From: Batkoa obscura | Taxonomy: Eukaryota | NCBI GenBank assembly: GCA_030770535.1 | Contig: JASVEC010000014.1 | Coordinates: 62,001 to 126,000, forward strand | Reading direction: 5' to 3' | DNA length: 64,000 nucleotides | Program-made: the position numbers and the translations under genes | Part shown: in pieces, positions 42,706 to 59,687 of the stretch | Numbering within the stretch: the stretch's first letter is position 1 | Layout: each line of letters opens with the position of its first letter | Notes under the pieces: model-generated | Database searches by the model: none | What the model was told of the DNA's origin: nothing | What the model saw: the letters and a program-made list of their open reading frames with translations, nothing else

Positions 42706-44559
42706 ATGTCTGCTGAAGAATATCAAGGTGCTATCGGTATTGATTTAGGTACCACTTACTCTTGCGTTGCCGTATGGGAAGGTGAGCGTGTTGAAATCAT
42801 TGCCAATGAGCAAGGTAACCGTACTACTCCATCTTATGTCGCTTTCACTGAAGAGGAACGTCTCATTGGTGATGCTGCTAAGAATCAATCCGCTATGAAC
42901 CCAAAAAATACCGTATTCGATGCTAAGCGTCTTATTGGTCGTCGTTATGATGAACCTTCCGTAAAGAAGGATATGTCTCACTGGCCTTTCAAGGTTACTG
43001 ATAACGATGGTAACCCAAAGATTCAAGTTGAATTCAAAGGTGAGACCAAAGAATATACCCCACAAGAAATTTCTGCCATGGTTCTTATCAAGATGAAGGA
43101 AATTGCCGAAGCTAAACTCGGTAAAACCGTCAAGAAAGCAGTTGTTACCGTACCTGCTTATTTCAATGACTCCCAACGTCAAGCCACTAAAGATGCTGGT
43201 TCTATTGCTGGTCTTGATGTCCTCCGTATCATTAACGAGCCAACTGCTGCCGCTATTGCTTACGGTTTAGACTCAAAGAATACCACTGAGAAGACCGTCC
43301 TTATCTTCGATTTAGGAGGTGGTACTTTCGATGTATCTCTTCTTACCATTGCTGGAGGTATTTTCACTGTTAAAGCTACTGCTGGTGATACCCATTTAGG
43401 TGGTGAAGATTTCGATAATGCTCTTTTAGAACATTTCAAAGAAGACTTCAAGCGTAAACACAAGAAAGATCTTTCTGGTGATGCTCGTGCCGTTCGTCGT
43501 CTCCGTACTGCTTGTGAACGTGCCAAGCGTACTCTTTCTTCCCTTACTCAAACCACTCTTGAAATTGATTCTCTTTTCGAAGGTATTGATTATCAAGCTA
43601 ACCTTACCCGTGCTAAATTTGAAGAATTATGTAACACTCTTTTCCAAAGCACTGTTACTCCAGTAGAAAAAGTTGTTAAGGATTCCGGTGTTGCCAAGAA
43701 CGCTGTTGATGAAATTGTCCTTGTTGGTGGTTCTACTCGTATCCCAAAGATCCAATCTCTCCTTCAAGAATTCTTCAACGGTAAAGAATTAAACAAATCC
43801 ATCAATCCTGATGAAGCTGTTGCTTATGGTGCTGCTGTTCAAGGTGCTGTCCTTACCAACACCTCTGATCCAACCAAAACTCAAGATCTTTTACTTCTTG
43901 ATGTTGTCCCACTTTCCCTTGGTGTTGAAATGCAAGGTGGTGTTATGGCTGTTGTTGTCCCAAGAAACACTTCTATCCCAACCATCAAGAAGAAGGTTTT
44001 CACCACCACTGAAGATAACCAAACTACTGTTCAATTCCCAGTATACGAAGGTGAACGTCCAATGACTAAAGATAACAATATGTTAGGTAAATTTGAACTT
44101 ACTGGTATTATGCCAGCTCCACGTGGTACCCCAGAACTCGAATGTACTTTCGATCTTAATGCTGATGGTATCCTCAAAGTTACTGCTCTTGATAAAGCTT
44201 CTGGTCGTACCGCCAACATCACTATCTCCAACTCATCTGGACGTCTTTCATCCGCTGATATTGAGCGTATGATCAAAGAATCTGAACAATTCAAAGAAGA
44301 AGATGCTAAACGTGAACAAACTGTTCAAGCTAGACAATCCCTTGAATCTTACGTTTATCAAATTGAAAATCAACTCAATGACTTTACCACTTCTCTTAAG
44401 ATTAAACCACGTGAGAAGAAAGATCTTGAAGATGCTTTAGCTGAAGCTATGGAAGCTCTTACCATTGATGCCTCTGATGCTCAAAAAGATACTTATGGTA
44501 CCGCTCAACGTAAACTCCAACGTTTTGCTTATAAAGCCTTTGGAACCATGCGTAAATAA
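42706..44559 (+). CDS. SSB1: Ribosome-associated Hsp70 (Ssb type), intronless
   Basis: [43 protein letters not shown]. No C-terminal EEVD. Strong codon bias. Confidence 0.96.
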   Translation: MSAEEYQGAIGIDLGTTYSCVAVWEGERVEIIANEQGNRTTPSYVAFTEEERLIGDAAKNQSAMNPKNTVFDAKRLIGRRYDEPSVKKDMSHWPFKVTDNDGNPKIQVEFKGETKEYTPQEISAMVLIKMKEIAEAKLGKTVKKAVVTVPAYFNDSQRQATKDAGSIAGLDVLRIINEPTAAAIAYGLDSKNTTEKTVLIFDLGGGTFDVSLLTIAGGIFTVKATAGDTHLGGEDFDNALLEHFKEDFKRKHKKDLSGDARAVRRLRTACERAKRTLSSLTQTTLEIDSLFEGIDYQANLTRAKFEELCNTLFQSTVTPVEKVVKDSGVAKNAVDEIVLVGGSTRIPKIQSLLQEFFNGKELNKSINPDEAVAYGAAVQGAVLTNTSDPTKTQDLLLLDVVPLSLGVEMQGGVMAVVVPRNTSIPTIKKKVFTTTEDNQTTVQFPVYEGERPMTKDNNMLGKFELTGIMPAPRGTPELECTFDLNADGILKVTALDKASGRTANITISNSSGRLSSADIERMIKESEQFKEEDAKREQTVQARQSLESYVYQIENQLNDFTTSLKIKPREKKDLEDALAEAMEALTIDASDAQKDTYGTAQRKLQRFAYKAFGTMRK

Positions 44560-44880
44560 ATTACTAGCATAGATATTAAAGTGTAAATGAGAAGTCAATG
44601 AGCTAAGTCTTTTATTATTCTAATAGAGTTAGGCAACCTCTTTTTTTCATTTCTTTTGTTGTCTCATTTTTATTCAAGTAAAAAAACAATTAAATTTTAT
44701 TAGCATTTTTAGTTTAATTTTATTTTGATAATTTATCATGTTATTTAATATTCCAAATATTAAATAAGCTTTATATTTAAAAGATTAAATTGAATGTTCA
44801 AATATTTTGACTAAAAATATTAAAAGCTCAAAGAAACAGGCTTTATCAAATTTATTACAAATAAAAGTATAAACTTATCT

Positions 44881-47800
44881 TTATTTTTTAATCAGTTTAG
44901 GAGGTAATAAACCAAACTTATTATACAAAGGAAAAACAATATCTCTTAATTCAACAATTGATTTATCCCATTCAGTTTCTAATAATATAGCTTCCAACCA
45001 TTCAAAATCTTGTTTATTTTCACTATTATCTGAAGTTAAACTCATATACGTTTGTTCACATGCAGTGGTACGGATCTATCAAGTTAATAAAATTCAGTAT
45101 TTGAAAACATGATTTATAAAAAAATTCTACCTTTAAATTATTAAATGTTAAAAACCTTAAAATTTGTGCCCATACTATTTTTTTAGCTTCTGAATTTTTA
45201 ACTATACTTAATTGACAGATACTTGGATTTATAATAAACAAATTCAATTTAATAGGGTAAAATATTTCATATAAAAAAATACTTACACTTTACAACAACT
45301 CATAATTTTTGTTAATTGTTTACAATTCACATATTCTTTTCGAATACAATTAGCCAACTTAAAAATACTAAAAAATATATTTAAAAAATCAATCAAATAT
45401 TGCAAATATAAAAAAAGGCTTCACATACAAGTCATCTTTTTCATCATTTAACATCTTTTGAAATACTTGAGCTTCGAAAAGGGTATTTAAGACTTCAAAT
45501 ATAGGTAATAAAATCCGATCGTTATTTTGATTTTGTTCAATTAATTCGAGTATGTCCTTAAATATCATTTGTAATTGATTAGATTCACTATTATTATTAT
45601 CTTGAGTTATCAGATTATTATCAGTTTCTTCTTGTTGTGATAATTCAATTAAGTAATCAATTAATGCTCCACCAGCATGTTTAATCTATTTTCAAAATTA
45701 AAAGTTAAAAATAGAATCAATCAATTTAAATTTACTCAAACTTACCAAACTTTCCGTAATCGCTCCACTACTTTGAAGGATTCCACTTAATACTACTTTA
45801 CGATATATTGGAATTTTCAACACTTGAATAACATTTGGAAATACAGAAGCTGGATTAAGCCATTGAATGGGAGGTTCTATATCCAAAATAGATAAAAGCT
45901 TCTGCTTATTAGGTGTTTCAATTTCTTTTTTTCTTAATATATCGATTAAAATTAAACCTGCACATTCTCTTAATCGATCAATTTTTTCACAACTTTGTTG
46001 TAATAAGCCCATAATTAATTGTTGTAAATCTTTTGGTTTTAACTGTAATCGTTGATGACTTTCTTTTTCTTTGGAATCGAATACTATTTTTATTCCTAAA
46101 TGTAAACAACACATAGCTTCTTTACGCACGTGAGAGCCAACATCACCTTGGCTCGTTATTGTATAATCTTTTAAATTGGATAAAATACAATAATAAAGTT
46201 GTATAAATAATTCTTGAGATAAATCGTTATTTTTTAATTGATATTGTAATAATTGATTTATTGATGTTATACAATTTTTTTTTAAATTAATATCTTGAGA
46301 TGTATATATTCCTTGCTCTTCAATTTTTTTTATTAATTTTAAAAACATAGTTTCTAATTCTTCTTTCCTATTTTTTAATTGGATGTTTCCTAATATCAAT
46401 GCTAATCCACGTTTATAATATAAATTGTTACTTTGATCAATTTCCTTTAAGTAATTTTTAATTTCCTCAGGATAAATTCCATATCCTTTAGAAAATTCAA
46501 ACATACTTTCAGAAGCTAATAATTGAATTCTTTCCTCCTTTCTATTTGCCGATAAATCAATTAGCTGTCTCATATTAACTCGCATTTCTTCATTAATAGG
46601 CCATTTGGCCATCGCTAATTTTTTGATCATTTCAAGTATACCTTCTAATACTATATCAGATCCTAAAGTTGGTAAGCCATTGTTTATAAATCTTATTAAA
46701 ACTTGAGGTATCATTTGGAAGGTTAATTTGAAATCATATTCATCAAATAATAATTGATTTTCAGATGAGAGATTGAAATTAGACATTTTAGATAAGGCTA
46801 GACATAAATTACTTAAGGTTAATAAGGAACCGTGAATAGCCCAAAGCTCCGATTTTCTTGTTTGTAAAAGCTATAGATAAGTATTAATTTAATAAAATGA
46901 AATATAAATGAATAACAATTTACTAAAAAATTAATAGAATTATAAATAGCTTCCTTTTCGATAAAAGGCAATATATTATAAACTGCAATAGAAGTTAATC
47001 TTCTAACATTGATATCCCAGTGTAATGAATTGATTTGAATCATATGTTCAAATAAAGCTTCTTTATAATGAGAATACCTATTTTTATAAAAATGAAAATA
47101 AAAAATTATAAATTTTATATAAAAATAATACTAATTGTTACTTTGTCACTTTTGAACTAGCAATTAAAAACGAATTTCTTATATTAGCTATGGAATAATA
47201 ATCAATAATATCCAATAATTCATTACCATTTGGAAAGATATGCTATTGAAACAAAACAATTAATCATCCTTAATCTTTAATCAAATATTATAAAACACTT
47301 ACTACTCTACCAACAAATTCCTGAAATGCTGCTGAACTAGCTCTTCTTACATTTGATTCTCTATCTAATACAGCCATAACAACTAATCTTTTTGATAATG
47401 AGTTTACAAAGGGTAAAAAATCTTCTTTCAAATAAGCTCTAGAAAAGCACCATATTACATAACATGCTGCATCACGTACATTACTACCAACTGAATGAGT
47501 ACCCCTTCTTATATCTAATTGTAAAGCCTGAATAAAAACAATATTCGTTAGTTTATTTTAATTCTTAAATAAAAAGAACTTTAAAAAATAAACATACTAA
47601 TAATGTTGCTTTTAAACATGGACCAACTAAATGTTTTGGTATTAAACCTCGACGTACTAATTCAGCAATCGAATAAGATAAACCATGCCAAATATTCTCA
47701 TCTACATTAGATAAATTTGGAGCTTCATTTTCATAATTGTATACATTTTCTTTATATTGATTTAATAAATATAAAACTATATCTTCACCAAAAGATTTTG

Positions 47801-49568
47801 GTAAACGTTGAGTAATCCTTCCAATTCCTTTAGCACTGGACCATCGACAAGCTACTTCCTTTTATAAAGTAAAAACAATTGAGTTTTGGTTTATTTTAAT
47901 ACACTAATATCAAACTTACTTTATCTTTTAAACCATCAAATAAATTTTCTAAAATATTTTCAATTATTGTTGGTACTTCAAATTCATTTTTCTCAGTTTC
48001 ATTCTTTTTATTTTCTGGATAATATTTTTGATCATCATCAACCTCTATTTTTCCATGTAAATTTTGTTCCAAGGTACGAAAACCTATTTTTATTAAAAAA
48101 GGTATATTGTTAATTAGTCTACAGTTTACAATAGATTCATAATCGTCAATTAAATACTCTATTATTATAATTAATCTTTCTCCTTACCTCTTTTATACCT
48201 CCAACTAGCTACAATTGGTTTTAAACATAATAATCCCAATTGTTGAGAATATTTAATTTTTAATTGTCGTAAATTACCATTTTTAGTCCAAAATTGTTTC
48301 ATATCAAATAACTGTAAATAAGATTCAAATGAACTAATATATGTAATTAATTCTTCCCTTTGTCCTAATTTTAATATATTCACTAAACTAGTAATTAATC
48401 CTATCCACTATAAAAATATATTAATAGATTGATAAATGTATTTAAACTAATATTAATTAATAAACCTTACAAGAAATAGTTCTTCACTTTTTTGTAATGA
48501 ACTATAACTCCATTCTAAAAATTCGGGTAGATAATGAGTAATACAATCTTGTCTATATAAAAAAATAGAGTTATTTTTTACACCATTAATTTTGCTATTA
48601 TTATTTATTTTTATTATTATATAATAATTACCTAATAACTAATTGAGCTAATAATCGACTACCACTTTCCATACATTTGCCATTAACTGACAATAATCCT
48701 TTACATATAAAAATTACATGATCAATTAAAGACTAAATATAAAAAATAATTGATTTTTCATTTATAATAACAATAGTTAGTAATTATTTTAATTTACCTC
48801 ATAACCCAATTGTTTACTATAACCCGAGTCCAATTTTTTTAAGTCAAATGGCATCATAAATATTAATGATAACCATAACAATAGTATATATTCGCTTTGC
48901 CAAGGTAATAAATGGGATTTTATTTGTTTTCTCTTGATAAAATAATAAAAATTCACTTCTAAATCAATTGTTTCATGGGTAAATAAATGAACTAAAAAGA
49001 ATAAAAAATAGAATTAGTATCTCTTTCTTTAACATATCTAACACTCTATTTATTAAATTGAAAAACAACAACTTACTAATAGTTTTATAACCTCGAATTT
49101 TAGTTAAATGATATAAAAACAAAAATAAAGAATCATGTAATTGAAATTTGAATTCATAATTTTCAATATCTTCAATTGATGTTATTGGTATTAAGTTCAT
49201 CTCTTGAATTGAACTTCGTAAATAGAATAACACTTTATCAACTAATAATTTTAAATGAGGATCTAACAAATTAGGAAATGTTTGGTATTGATCAAGCTAA
49301 AATAATAGAGTTAGCAAGGAATTTTATATTTGTTTTTTTATATTTATTATACTATATCATATATTATATATTAATTAATACTTACTATTTTAATAACTTC
49401 ATCTAGTTTATTCTTTATTATTCTTTCTTCAAAATTATTCACTTTTATATTTATAATATCGTTTAATATTCCAATTACAAATTCATATTCTTTGAAAGTG
49501 GAAGGTAGATTCGATTCTTCTTGATCTGTTAACTCTATTTCTTCATCTATATATTGTTCTCTGTCCAT
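44881..49568 (-). CDS. TBCD: Tubulin-folding cofactor D (multi-exon, HEAT repeats)
   Basis: LDQYQ.FPNLLDPHL, KIRGYK, RWSSAKGIGRI, WHG...AELVRRG, GSNVRDAACY, DRESNVRRASSAAFQE.VG, DYT...GDVGSHVR, EKIDRLR. Confidence 0.92.
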
Positions 49569-49895
49569 AATGATTATTTTTGAATAGTCAGAAATAAAAT
49601 TGATTAGAAAATTCGTCACAAAAAGATAAAGAATTTCAAAATAAAAACAAGATTTCTTATTAGATGTTTTTAAAGTGTTAATTAAAGTCGTTTTTTTAAT
49701 GAAAATTTTTGGTTGAAAAAATCAAAAATCATTTTGCAATTAAATATTTAATACATAAAATTAGTAGTTAAAGAAAAAAATCAAAATATTAATATTAATA
49801 AAAAAGTATGGAAGTTTTATCAACACCGTTTTTCATTAAAATAGATACATAAATAATAACACTAGTTATTTAATAATATACTCATTATTTCCTAT

Positions 49896-51376
49896 TTATT
49901 TTATTATCTTTTCATTCAATGATTTTTTTGAAACATAAATACCTATAAAATTAATATTAATAAATTTATTATAATTAATAGATTTACTTTATTAACATCC
50001 GTCATAACTTCCATTGAATCCTCCATAATTTGTTTCACACTTTGATTTTTAAATTCTATTGAATTATATAGCGTTTGATTTTCTTCTTCTATCTAAATAT
50101 GAAAATAAATAAAACGAAATAGAATAAAACTCCATCTATAATATATTATATTATTATATTATATTGTATTATGTTTTGTTCTATTATTACTAAATATAAT
50201 ATAAACTTACTTTTTTCCTTTCCAGTTTTAATTGATTTAATTCCAATTTCATTAATTTTATTTTTTTAGCTTCAAGTAATTGATTGGGAGTAATAGAACA
50301 TAAATCTTCAAGACTATAATATCAATATCATCAATGCTCAATTTGTAGTGTTCTATTTAAAAGAATAGACTTAATTTTTAGTGAATTTACCTTGAATTTT
50401 CTTGAGTGTTATTTAAAACCTCACTATGAAATTTTCTTTTAATAACTTCTTTTTGAATTTCATAATCAAATTCATTCAACTTATTAATCAATTGATATTT
50501 TTCAATAATTCTTTGAAAATCCTCCTATTATTTAATATAAAAAATATGTTAAGTTCATTAAAACTAAATCATTGATAATAACCTCTTTTTACCTTACATC
50601 CCGATTTCCAAACATTAACTGCTTGTTGATATGCATTTTTTAAAATTTCCCCTTCCTTTTTGGCTAATTCTGGGAAGGCCTCAGCTACTCTCTTATAACT
50701 AAAAATAAATAGATACAAGTCAATAAGTTTATTTTATATACTGTCCCACTAATACATAAAACTTCTCATAAGCTCTTTCAATAAAATAGATTTATACTTA
50801 CTTGAAACTCAATAAACATTTTTCTAATGCTTTATCTAAAAGTGAAGTTAATTTCGTCGATCTTAATGCTCGCATTTTTTTTAATTTTTGTTGAAAAGAT
50901 ACATCAAATAATGGATTGTTGATCATTATGTCATAGTTTTGTATTATTTTACTAGCTAGATCGAGTTCTATTGAATCAAATAATATTGATTAATGTTTAT
51001 TTATTATCTGGGGGAATAAATGAAGATTACCTTCGTTATTAGTTTCAATTTCTTCTAGTTTTAATTGATCCCTTTTGGTATATATTTTTATTTCGGAACT
51101 ACCTTTTATTAACCCTTCAGTTGAGTTTTCTTTATTATTGTTTTAAACATTGATTTTTTTAATTATAAATATTTAATTACTTTCTGTATCTTTTTCAATT
51201 GTATCTTTTTCAATTGTATCTTTTTCAATTGTATCTTTTATTTCAGTTTCATTTTTTTCATTTTTTTCATTTTCATTCACCTCTTCTTGTGTTATAGCTT
51301 TTGTTTCATGTCCATTTACAATCTCATCTGCTTCTTTACTAGTTTTTGACTCTGTATTATTAACTTTATCTTCCAT
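49896..51376 (-). CDS. NNF1: Nnf1/PMF1-like kinetochore (MIND) subunit with an acidic N-terminal extension
   Basis: RSTKLTSLLDKAL...YKRVAEAFPELA...EDFQRIIEKYQLINKLNEFD resembles the Nnf1 domain. C-terminal coiled coil. Confidence 0.65.
51185..51238. repeat. 15-bp coding tandem repeat (KDTIE, about x3.5)
   Basis: tgtatctttttcaat repeated. Confidence 0.85.
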
Positions 51377-51648
51377 TGTTTTTAATCTCTTTTCTTTTAA
51401 AGTAATTCTTAAAAGAAAAAACAAATGAAATTCAGCTTTTGAAATTTCTAAAAAAATGAATAAAAGAAAAATCAAGAATTATTTCAATAAACAATGATGA
51501 CCAAAGCAAAATTAGAAATAGAACAATTAAAATAGAGTTATGTTATTTCGGATTAATATTTTTCAATATAGCAATATTTTAATTTATTTTCATTATAAAA
51601 AGAAGTTTTGAATTTTTTTTTTTGAATTTTTTTCTACAAAAGTAAAAT

Positions 51649-52872
51649 ATGATTCATTCTTCAAATCAAAACAGTAATAATATCAATTGGCATTTAATCA
51701 ATGGCCAAATAGTTGATATTGAGTCAAATATAATTTATCCCTCAGAAATAAAGCTTCGTAATGGAATAATAGAAGAAATAGGAATATCATTAACTTTATC
51801 TCCCGATTATCAAACCCTCGATATCAAAGGTTGTTTAATAACCCCAGGTTTAATTGATATGCATGTTCATGCTTATTATGGCTCAACTTATTGGGGAATT
51901 GATCCAGCTACTAGTGCAATAGAATCTGGAGTTACAACTGTAGTCGATGCAGGTTCTGCGGGAAGTTATAATTATTCAAATTTTCAACAAAATATAATCT
52001 CAAATTCACCAATTTCTATTTATTCTTTTTTAAATATAGCCAGTCATGGTCTTATATTACGTACTGGGGAATTAAAAGATAATCTAAATTCATTAGATTT
52101 ATTATCTACAAAAGAAGTTATTGAAGAAAATTTAGATAATATTAAAGGAATTAAAATAAGATTAGATAAATTTACTGTTAACGACAAGGATCTTTCAAGT
52201 TTAAAAATGGCACGTGAATTAGGAGATCAATTTAACATTCCTTTAATGATTCATATTGGACATTCACCACCAACAATTGAAGATATCGAACCTTATTTAA
52301 TTCAAGGGGATATCATTACTCATTTTTATAATGGACATGGGAATAAATTAATATTAGAAGATTACAAAACACCTAAAGATGTATTAATTAAATTGTTTAA
52401 TAAAGGTGTCTTATTTGATGTTGGACATGGCGGTGGTGGTTTTAATTTTAAAGTGGCATTACCTTTAATTCAATCAAATTATTTACCCAATACAATTAGT
52501 TCTGATTTACATCAAGTATCACGTATTTCTACAGCTAAAAATTTATTAAATGTTGTGAATAAAATGGTAGCTTTAGGAATACCTTTAATTGAAGTAATTA
52601 AAATGACCACGGTTAATCCAGCAAAGATATTAAAATTAGATGACCAAATAGGTTATTTAAAAAAAGGTTATAAAGCAGATATTGCTGTATTTCAATTGGA
52701 AGAAGGTCAATTTCAATGGCAAGATACAGCTGGGAATTCATTGAGCTCTAATCTGAAACTAATTAATAAAGTTACTTTTAAAAATGGTCAATTATTACAA
52801 ATACCTGAAGAACCTAAACCTTGTAATTGGGCATTGAGAGATATTGAATTAGTTTCTGGTTTAAAATGTTGA
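51649..52872 (+). CDS. Intronless amidohydrolase of the COG3964 / dihydroorotase-like deacetylase family, cytosolic paralog
   Basis: PGLIDMHVH, GVTTVVDAGSAG, GIKIR, LMIHIG, GDIITH, FDVGHG, TISSDLH, TVNPA. Confidence 0.88.
   Translation: MIHSSNQNSNNINWHLINGQIVDIESNIIYPSEIKLRNGIIEEIGISLTLSPDYQTLDIKGCLITPGLIDMHVHAYYGSTYWGIDPATSAIESGVTTVVDAGSAGSYNYSNFQQNIISNSPISIYSFLNIASHGLILRTGELKDNLNSLDLLSTKEVIEENLDNIKGIKIRLDKFTVNDKDLSSLKMARELGDQFNIPLMIHIGHSPPTIEDIEPYLIQGDIITHFYNGHGNKLILEDYKTPKDVLIKLFNKGVLFDVGHGGGGFNFKVALPLIQSNYLPNTISSDLHQVSRISTAKNLLNVVNKMVALGIPLIEVIKMTTVNPAKILKLDDQIGYLKKGYKADIAVFQLEEGQFQWQDTAGNSLSSNLKLINKVTFKNGQLLQIPEEPKPCNWALRDIELVSGLKC
52229..52635 (+). repeat. Left arm of a 407-bp inverted repeat (partner 59925-60331)
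   Basis: Base-by-base comparison gives 406/407 identity, with a single synonymous CCT/CCC difference. Confidence 0.95.
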
Positions 52873-53142
52873 ACTGTTATTGAATTAATTTAAATAAATA
52901 ATAATTGAAATTTAGTTTTAGGAGTATGTTTTTATATTGTTTTCTATTTTATTCTAAGAAATTGATTATTGAATTAATCTAACAAACTTGCCACATTTTT
53001 TCAATACTTAAGTATTATTACCTTTAATTAGATTTACTAAAAATGGCATTAAAAGTATTTGGAAATTTACTAAATTCAAATCAATTTTAAAATTTCATTT
53101 TTCATTCTCTAAGTATTAGTTTTTTATATAAAAGTTAGAATA

Positions 53143-56342
<3,200 letters not shown>

Positions 56343-57463
56343 AGAACAGAAATTTGGAAAGTTATTATATGATTACTTTGGAGAATGCTTCTATTTTAGC
56401 TATATTATTAAAATTGGGGTTATTAAATGTTTGATCTAAGATAATATCTTAAATGATAATTTTGATATATATTTTTATTAGTTTTATATATATTTCTATG
56501 CATATTTTTTATAACAAATAATGAAAAAAAAAATTTCGGAATTTTTTTAAAAATAGAATAAAATATTACTGTTTTTAAAATTGAGTAATAAAGTGTCAAA
56601 TTGAATAGAATTAATTTTTAAATAATAAGTTGATTTTAAAGTTTATTATCCAAGTTGTTATGGGTAACGGTAAAGAATGAAAATGAAGATAATGTGAGAG
56701 GGGAATTTTGATTTTTTTTAAAATTTAAAAGATAAGATAAAAGATAATGAATAATAAATAATGAATAATGAATAATAGATAATAAATTTTATTTCGAAAA
56801 TTTAAACGTATTTATAAAATAAAATCGATTTAGGCTTAAAATCGATTTTATTTTTTTATTTGATAATTATGATAAATTTTAATTCTATTGAATTTTTAAT
56901 ACAAAAGGTACTAAATATGAGTTAGAGTCAATTGAGATATCAGCTGAGAAATCTACTTTGTGAAGAATATTTATTAAGATTCTTAGTCTCAACTAAAAAT
57001 CAATCTATATTAGTGAATTTTGTTTTAAGTTAGGAAAAATAAGTTGCTCTAATATAGGAAAGTAATGAAATGATTGGTCAAGGGATGGGTAATAAAAAAT
57101 TTTTACGTTGTTAAATTTCTAAAAAATAATATCAATAAGTGAAATAAAAAAAATATAAATAGAGAAGCTTTATTTTTATTACTAATTTTTTAGATTTAAA
57201 CATTGAATTTTATCGATTTAATTCTTTGAGTTTTTACAATTATATCATTCATTTTTCATTTGTTTACTATTCTATATTGTTGTAATAAATTTCAATACTT
57301 TAATAAAAAGGTAATTTGAATTGAATGTAATTAATTTGACTCATAAATTATAATTTAATAACTAACTTAATTACCTGTTGTATTAAAACAAATAAAACTG
57401 TTATACTAATGACTTTTACTTTACATATAGATAACCTTCTCTAAAAAACCATTTATTAAAAAA

Positions 57464-59494
57464 ATGTTACGTATTCCCTTACGCAATGTATTATTTCATC
57501 AATTTAATACAATAAAAAGCAATTATAGTCAAAGAATAATTAGTAAAGAGATATCCAAATCATTTTTGTTGTCTCAAAAAAGAGTGGTAAATTTAAGATA
57601 TTACACTACTACTAATGCTCAATCGAATGAAAAAGAAAATGCAACAACAGAAGAAAATAAAACAAGAGTAAGTTTAAAATGAATACTTTTATTTAAAATA
57701 ATAGTTAATAGTTATTTTGAAGGATCAAGAAGAAACCCATCATGCTGTAGTATCTACCTTTGATTTATTTTCTATTGGCGTTGGTCCATCTTCAAGGTAA
57801 ATTTGATTATTTATAACTTATAATAGTATTAATAAAAAACTATCAACTCACTTAGTCATACTGTTGGTCCAATGAGAGCGGGTAAAATTTTTATATCTGA
57901 TTTAGTTAAACACCAAGTACTTGAAAAGGTAAATAAAATATAAATATATTAATATATTAATATATTAATATATTAATTGACTTTTTTCTATTAGGTCCAA
58001 AAATTCCGTATAGATTTATATGGTTCCTTAGCTTTAACAGGTATAGGACATGGTACCCCCAATGCCTGTTTAATGGGTGTTGAAGGTGAATCACCAGAAT
58101 CAGTTGAAACTAGTACAATAATATCACGAGTACAAGCAATGAAAGATACACAATCAATTAAATTAAATGGAACTCATCGTATTCAATTTGATCCTGATAA
58201 AGATTTAGTATTCCATTATTTTGATTCATTACCACAACATCCAAATGGTATGCGATTTACAGCCATGGATTTCAATGGTGATATGATAGCTACTAATGAA
58301 TATTTTTCGGTTGGTGGTGGATTTGTAGTAAATGAAGCTACTCAATTAAATCATGGTGAAAATGTTTATTATAGATCTTATGATAATCGAGTAGCAACCT
58401 CCGGCCGACGACAACAAGATGCAGTTGTAGCTACATTACCATTTACAAATGCAGAACATTTATTAGAAATATGTTCCCGAGAGAACATGACAATAGCTCA
58501 AGCAGTTTATGAAAATGAATTAAGGTGGCGTAGTCCTCAACAAATCAAAGATAGTATCTTAGCTATTTGGCAAACCATGGATGATTCAATCAGAAATGGA
58601 TGTTTATCGGATGAACCCTATTTACCAGGAAGATTAAAAGTTAAACGTCGAGCTCCCAATTTATATCGACGATTAACTCGTGGTTTATATGATTCAACTA
58701 CTTTTTCAAGAACTCATAATAATAATAATGATAATAAAATGGAAACCACTGCTAATTTAGGTACCCCTGGATTATTGTCTAGATCTTTAGAAGATCATCC
58801 ATTAGCAGTCAAAAGTCATGTAAGAGCCCAACCAAAAAGAATGGTTTTGCCAGCCTTAGATTATTTATCAGTTTATGCGATTGCTGTTAATGAAGAAAAT
58901 GCAGCTGGTGGTCGAGTAGTTACCGCTCCAACGAATGGCGCAGCTGGTGTTATTCCAGCAGTATTAAAATATTATTTAGAATTTATATCTATGGATCCAG
59001 AACGTGATATCATGGAATTTATGCTAACTGCCTCAGCTATTGGTATGTTATTTAAAAAAGGTGCTTCCATTTCGGCTGCTGAAGTTGGTTGTCAAGGTAA
59101 TTTTTTATTTTTTATTTTATTTTTAATAATTATTAATCTTTAAATTTTAGGTGAAGTAGGAGTAGCATGTTCTATGTCAGCTGCTGGTTTTGCCGCAGTA
59201 ATGGGGGGTACCGTAGCTCAAGTCGAAAATGCAGCTGAAATTGGGATGGAACATAATCTTGGATTAACATGTGATCCTATTGACGGATTAGTACAAATAC
59301 CATGTATTGAACGTAATGCTTTAGGTGCAGTTAAAGCAGTTACAGCGGCTCAATTAGCTTTAAATGGGGATGGTCATCATCGTGTTACTTTAGATCAAGT
59401 AATTCATACTATGAAAATGACGGGTATGGATATGATGAGTAAATACAAAGAAACCTCTCAAGGCGGATTGGCAGTTAATGTACCTGTTTGTTAA
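57464..59494 (+). CDS. Fe-S-dependent L-serine dehydratase (SdaA type) with a mitochondrial presequence
   Basis: [92 protein letters not shown]. Confidence 0.93.
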
Positions 59495-59687
59495 TTGTAA
59501 AGATCGGAAAGGTGATGGATACGATGTAATGGAATGTTGAAAGTTATTTTTTTATAATATCTAACATTATTTAGTTTTATTAAATCTTATTTTTTTATTG
59601 ATTAAGTTTTAAGTTTATTTTTTATTTTTTATTTTTTGTATTTTGTTTTATCAAAGTAAATAAATATTTAATACAGATATACATGTA

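Noticed and set aside
42745..44294. Antisense and alternate-frame ORFs over SSB
   Set aside because: These are a known by-product of strong codon bias in Hsp70 genes. The shadow ORFs over ABC-F, UAP1 and PEX6 are likewise treated as non-coding.
51649..52872. Annotation as a pyrimidine-pathway dihydroorotase
   Set aside because: It lacks the HxHxR substrate arginine (it has HVHAY), and its motifs fit COG3964.
56820..56850. Twin aaaatcgattt palindromes
   Set aside because: Short and AT-rich, with no support for function.
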